Assembly: GCA_913062675.1 (NCBI GenBank)
Contig: CAJXWR010000001.1
Location: forward strand, 34,492-98,491
Source of the DNA: an uncultured Trueperaceae bacterium
GTDB taxonomy: Bacteria > Deinococcota > Deinococci > Deinococcales > Trueperaceae
Length of the DNA: 64,000 bases
Direction: 5' to 3'
Shown here: one piece after another, positions 63,276 through 64,000 of the stretch
How the letters are laid out: each line of letters starts with the position of its first letter
Position numbering within the stretch: position 1 is the stretch's first letter
Notes under the pieces: generated by a model
The model's database searches: none
What the model was told of the DNA's origin: nothing
Seen by the model: the letters and a program-made list of their open reading frames with translations, nothing else
Program-made: the position numbers and the translations under genes

Positions 63276-64000
63276 GTGCCCTCGCTCTCGCTCAAGTACA
63301 TCCGCTCACTCCCCATCGATCAGGCGCTCCTGAAGCAAATCGACCGCCTAGGCTACGCGCGGGGTGCACAACGACTCTTCCAGACGCAAACGCCGGAACT
63401 CCTCCGCCAACTCACCATCGTGGCGCGAATCGAATCGACCGAGTCCAGTACAAGAATCGAAGGTGTTTCCGCCCCACGCGACCGCATCGAAGGCATCGTG
63501 CTCCGTGACGCTGCCCCCACCAACCGTTCCGAGTCCGAAATCGCCGGCTACCGTGATGCGCTGCGCATGATCCACGAGAACGCTGAGCACATGCGTTTCA
63601 GCGAGTCGCAGGTCCTCCAGATTCACGATCTGCTCTATCGCTACCTTCCAACGCCCGGAGGGCACTACAAGGCTACGCAGAACGACATCGCAGAGACGGA
63701 TGCAAATGGGGAGATCATCCGCGTTCGTTTCTCGCCGACTTCGCCGGCCCAGACCCCAGGCGCGATGCGGAACCTCGTCGAGGACTACGCTCTAGCGGTA
63801 GATCAGGACGCATTGCCATCCGCACTGCTGATTGGCCTTGCAGTCCTGGACCTGCTCTGCATTCACCCTTTCCCGGACGGCAACGGGCGTACGGCACGCC
63901 TCTTGACGCTGCTGCTTCTTTACCACCACGACTTCGAGGTTGGACGGTACGTGAGTTTGGAACGCATCGTCGAACAGACTCGCGACGGATACTACGAAGC
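63276..64000 (+). CDS. Fic-family protein (class II type with N-terminal inhibitory motif), 3' end beyond the window
   Basis: Not in the ORF track (no stop in the window). GTG 63276 follows CTGGAG. The translation contains the Fic_N-type STRIEG (S/TxxxE(G/N)) motif and the Fic active-site motif HPFPDGNGRTARLL. Confidence 0.85.
   Translation, partial: MPSLSLKYIRSLPIDQALLKQIDRLGYARGAQRLFQTQTPELLRQLTIVARIESTESSTRIEGVSAPRDRIEGIVLRDAAPTNRSESEIAGYRDALRMIHENAEHMRFSESQVLQIHDLLYRYLPTPGGHYKATQNDIAETDANGEIIRVRFSPTSPAQTPGAMRNLVEDYALAVDQDALPSALLIGLAVLDLLCIHPFPDGNGRTARLLTLLLLYHHDFEVGRYVSLERIVEQTRDGYYE

Overview
High-GC (roughly two-thirds G+C by eye), densely coding bacterial chromosomal segment. I call 64 protein genes and 1 tRNA. 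I see no rRNA, CRISPR array, transposase, integrase or prophage genes. Most of the content is housekeeping or transport. Left to right: an SLH-domain S-layer-type protein (partial), thyX-rlmH, a SufT-like protein, a SEDS glycosyltransferase, and a ppx-trpF pair. Then come the conserved rplU-rpmA-obg-yqeK-LCP-rsfS cluster, modAB, PadR-trkAH, galTK, mgtE, a GH65 phosphorylase fused to beta-phosphoglucomutase, and an HD-GYP protein. These are followed by the copZ-csoR-copA copper operon, a GH38 alpha-mannosidase, and a 5-gene peptide-type ABC operon carrying an embedded PHP-family hydrolase. Next are a MOSC protein, the 7-gene mrpA-G antiporter operon, cytochrome c, tRNA-Ala(GGC), rplS, and a cluster of small accessory genes (an internally duplicated lipoprotein, flavin reductase, AAA/DUF4143 ATPase, NUDIX, redoxin, esterase, msrB). 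The window ends in a partial Fic gene. The SLH protein, the gene content and a recurrent TAnnnT-N6/7-ATG (leaderless-type) start architecture suggest a Deinococcus-Thermus-like lineage; this is inference only. I do not see a complete, obviously novel multi-gene system such as a defence island. The observations most worth a second look are: (1) a tight cluster of consensus DnaA boxes plus an AT-rich island in a non-dnaA intergenic region (8270-8500); (2) ribosomal protein L19 carrying a ~179-aa strongly acidic Ala/Glu/Pro tail; (3) a lipoprotein made of two tandem copies of a helical domain plus glycine-zipper module; (4) the PHP/CehA-like hydrolase inside the ABC importer operon; (5) the GH65-betaPGM fusion; (6) a structured ~190-nt region upstream of the MOSC gene; (7) the pervasive leaderless-type promoters. 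Gene starts were refined by hand from SD motifs, promoter geometry and gene overlaps. They are less certain than the stop coordinates.
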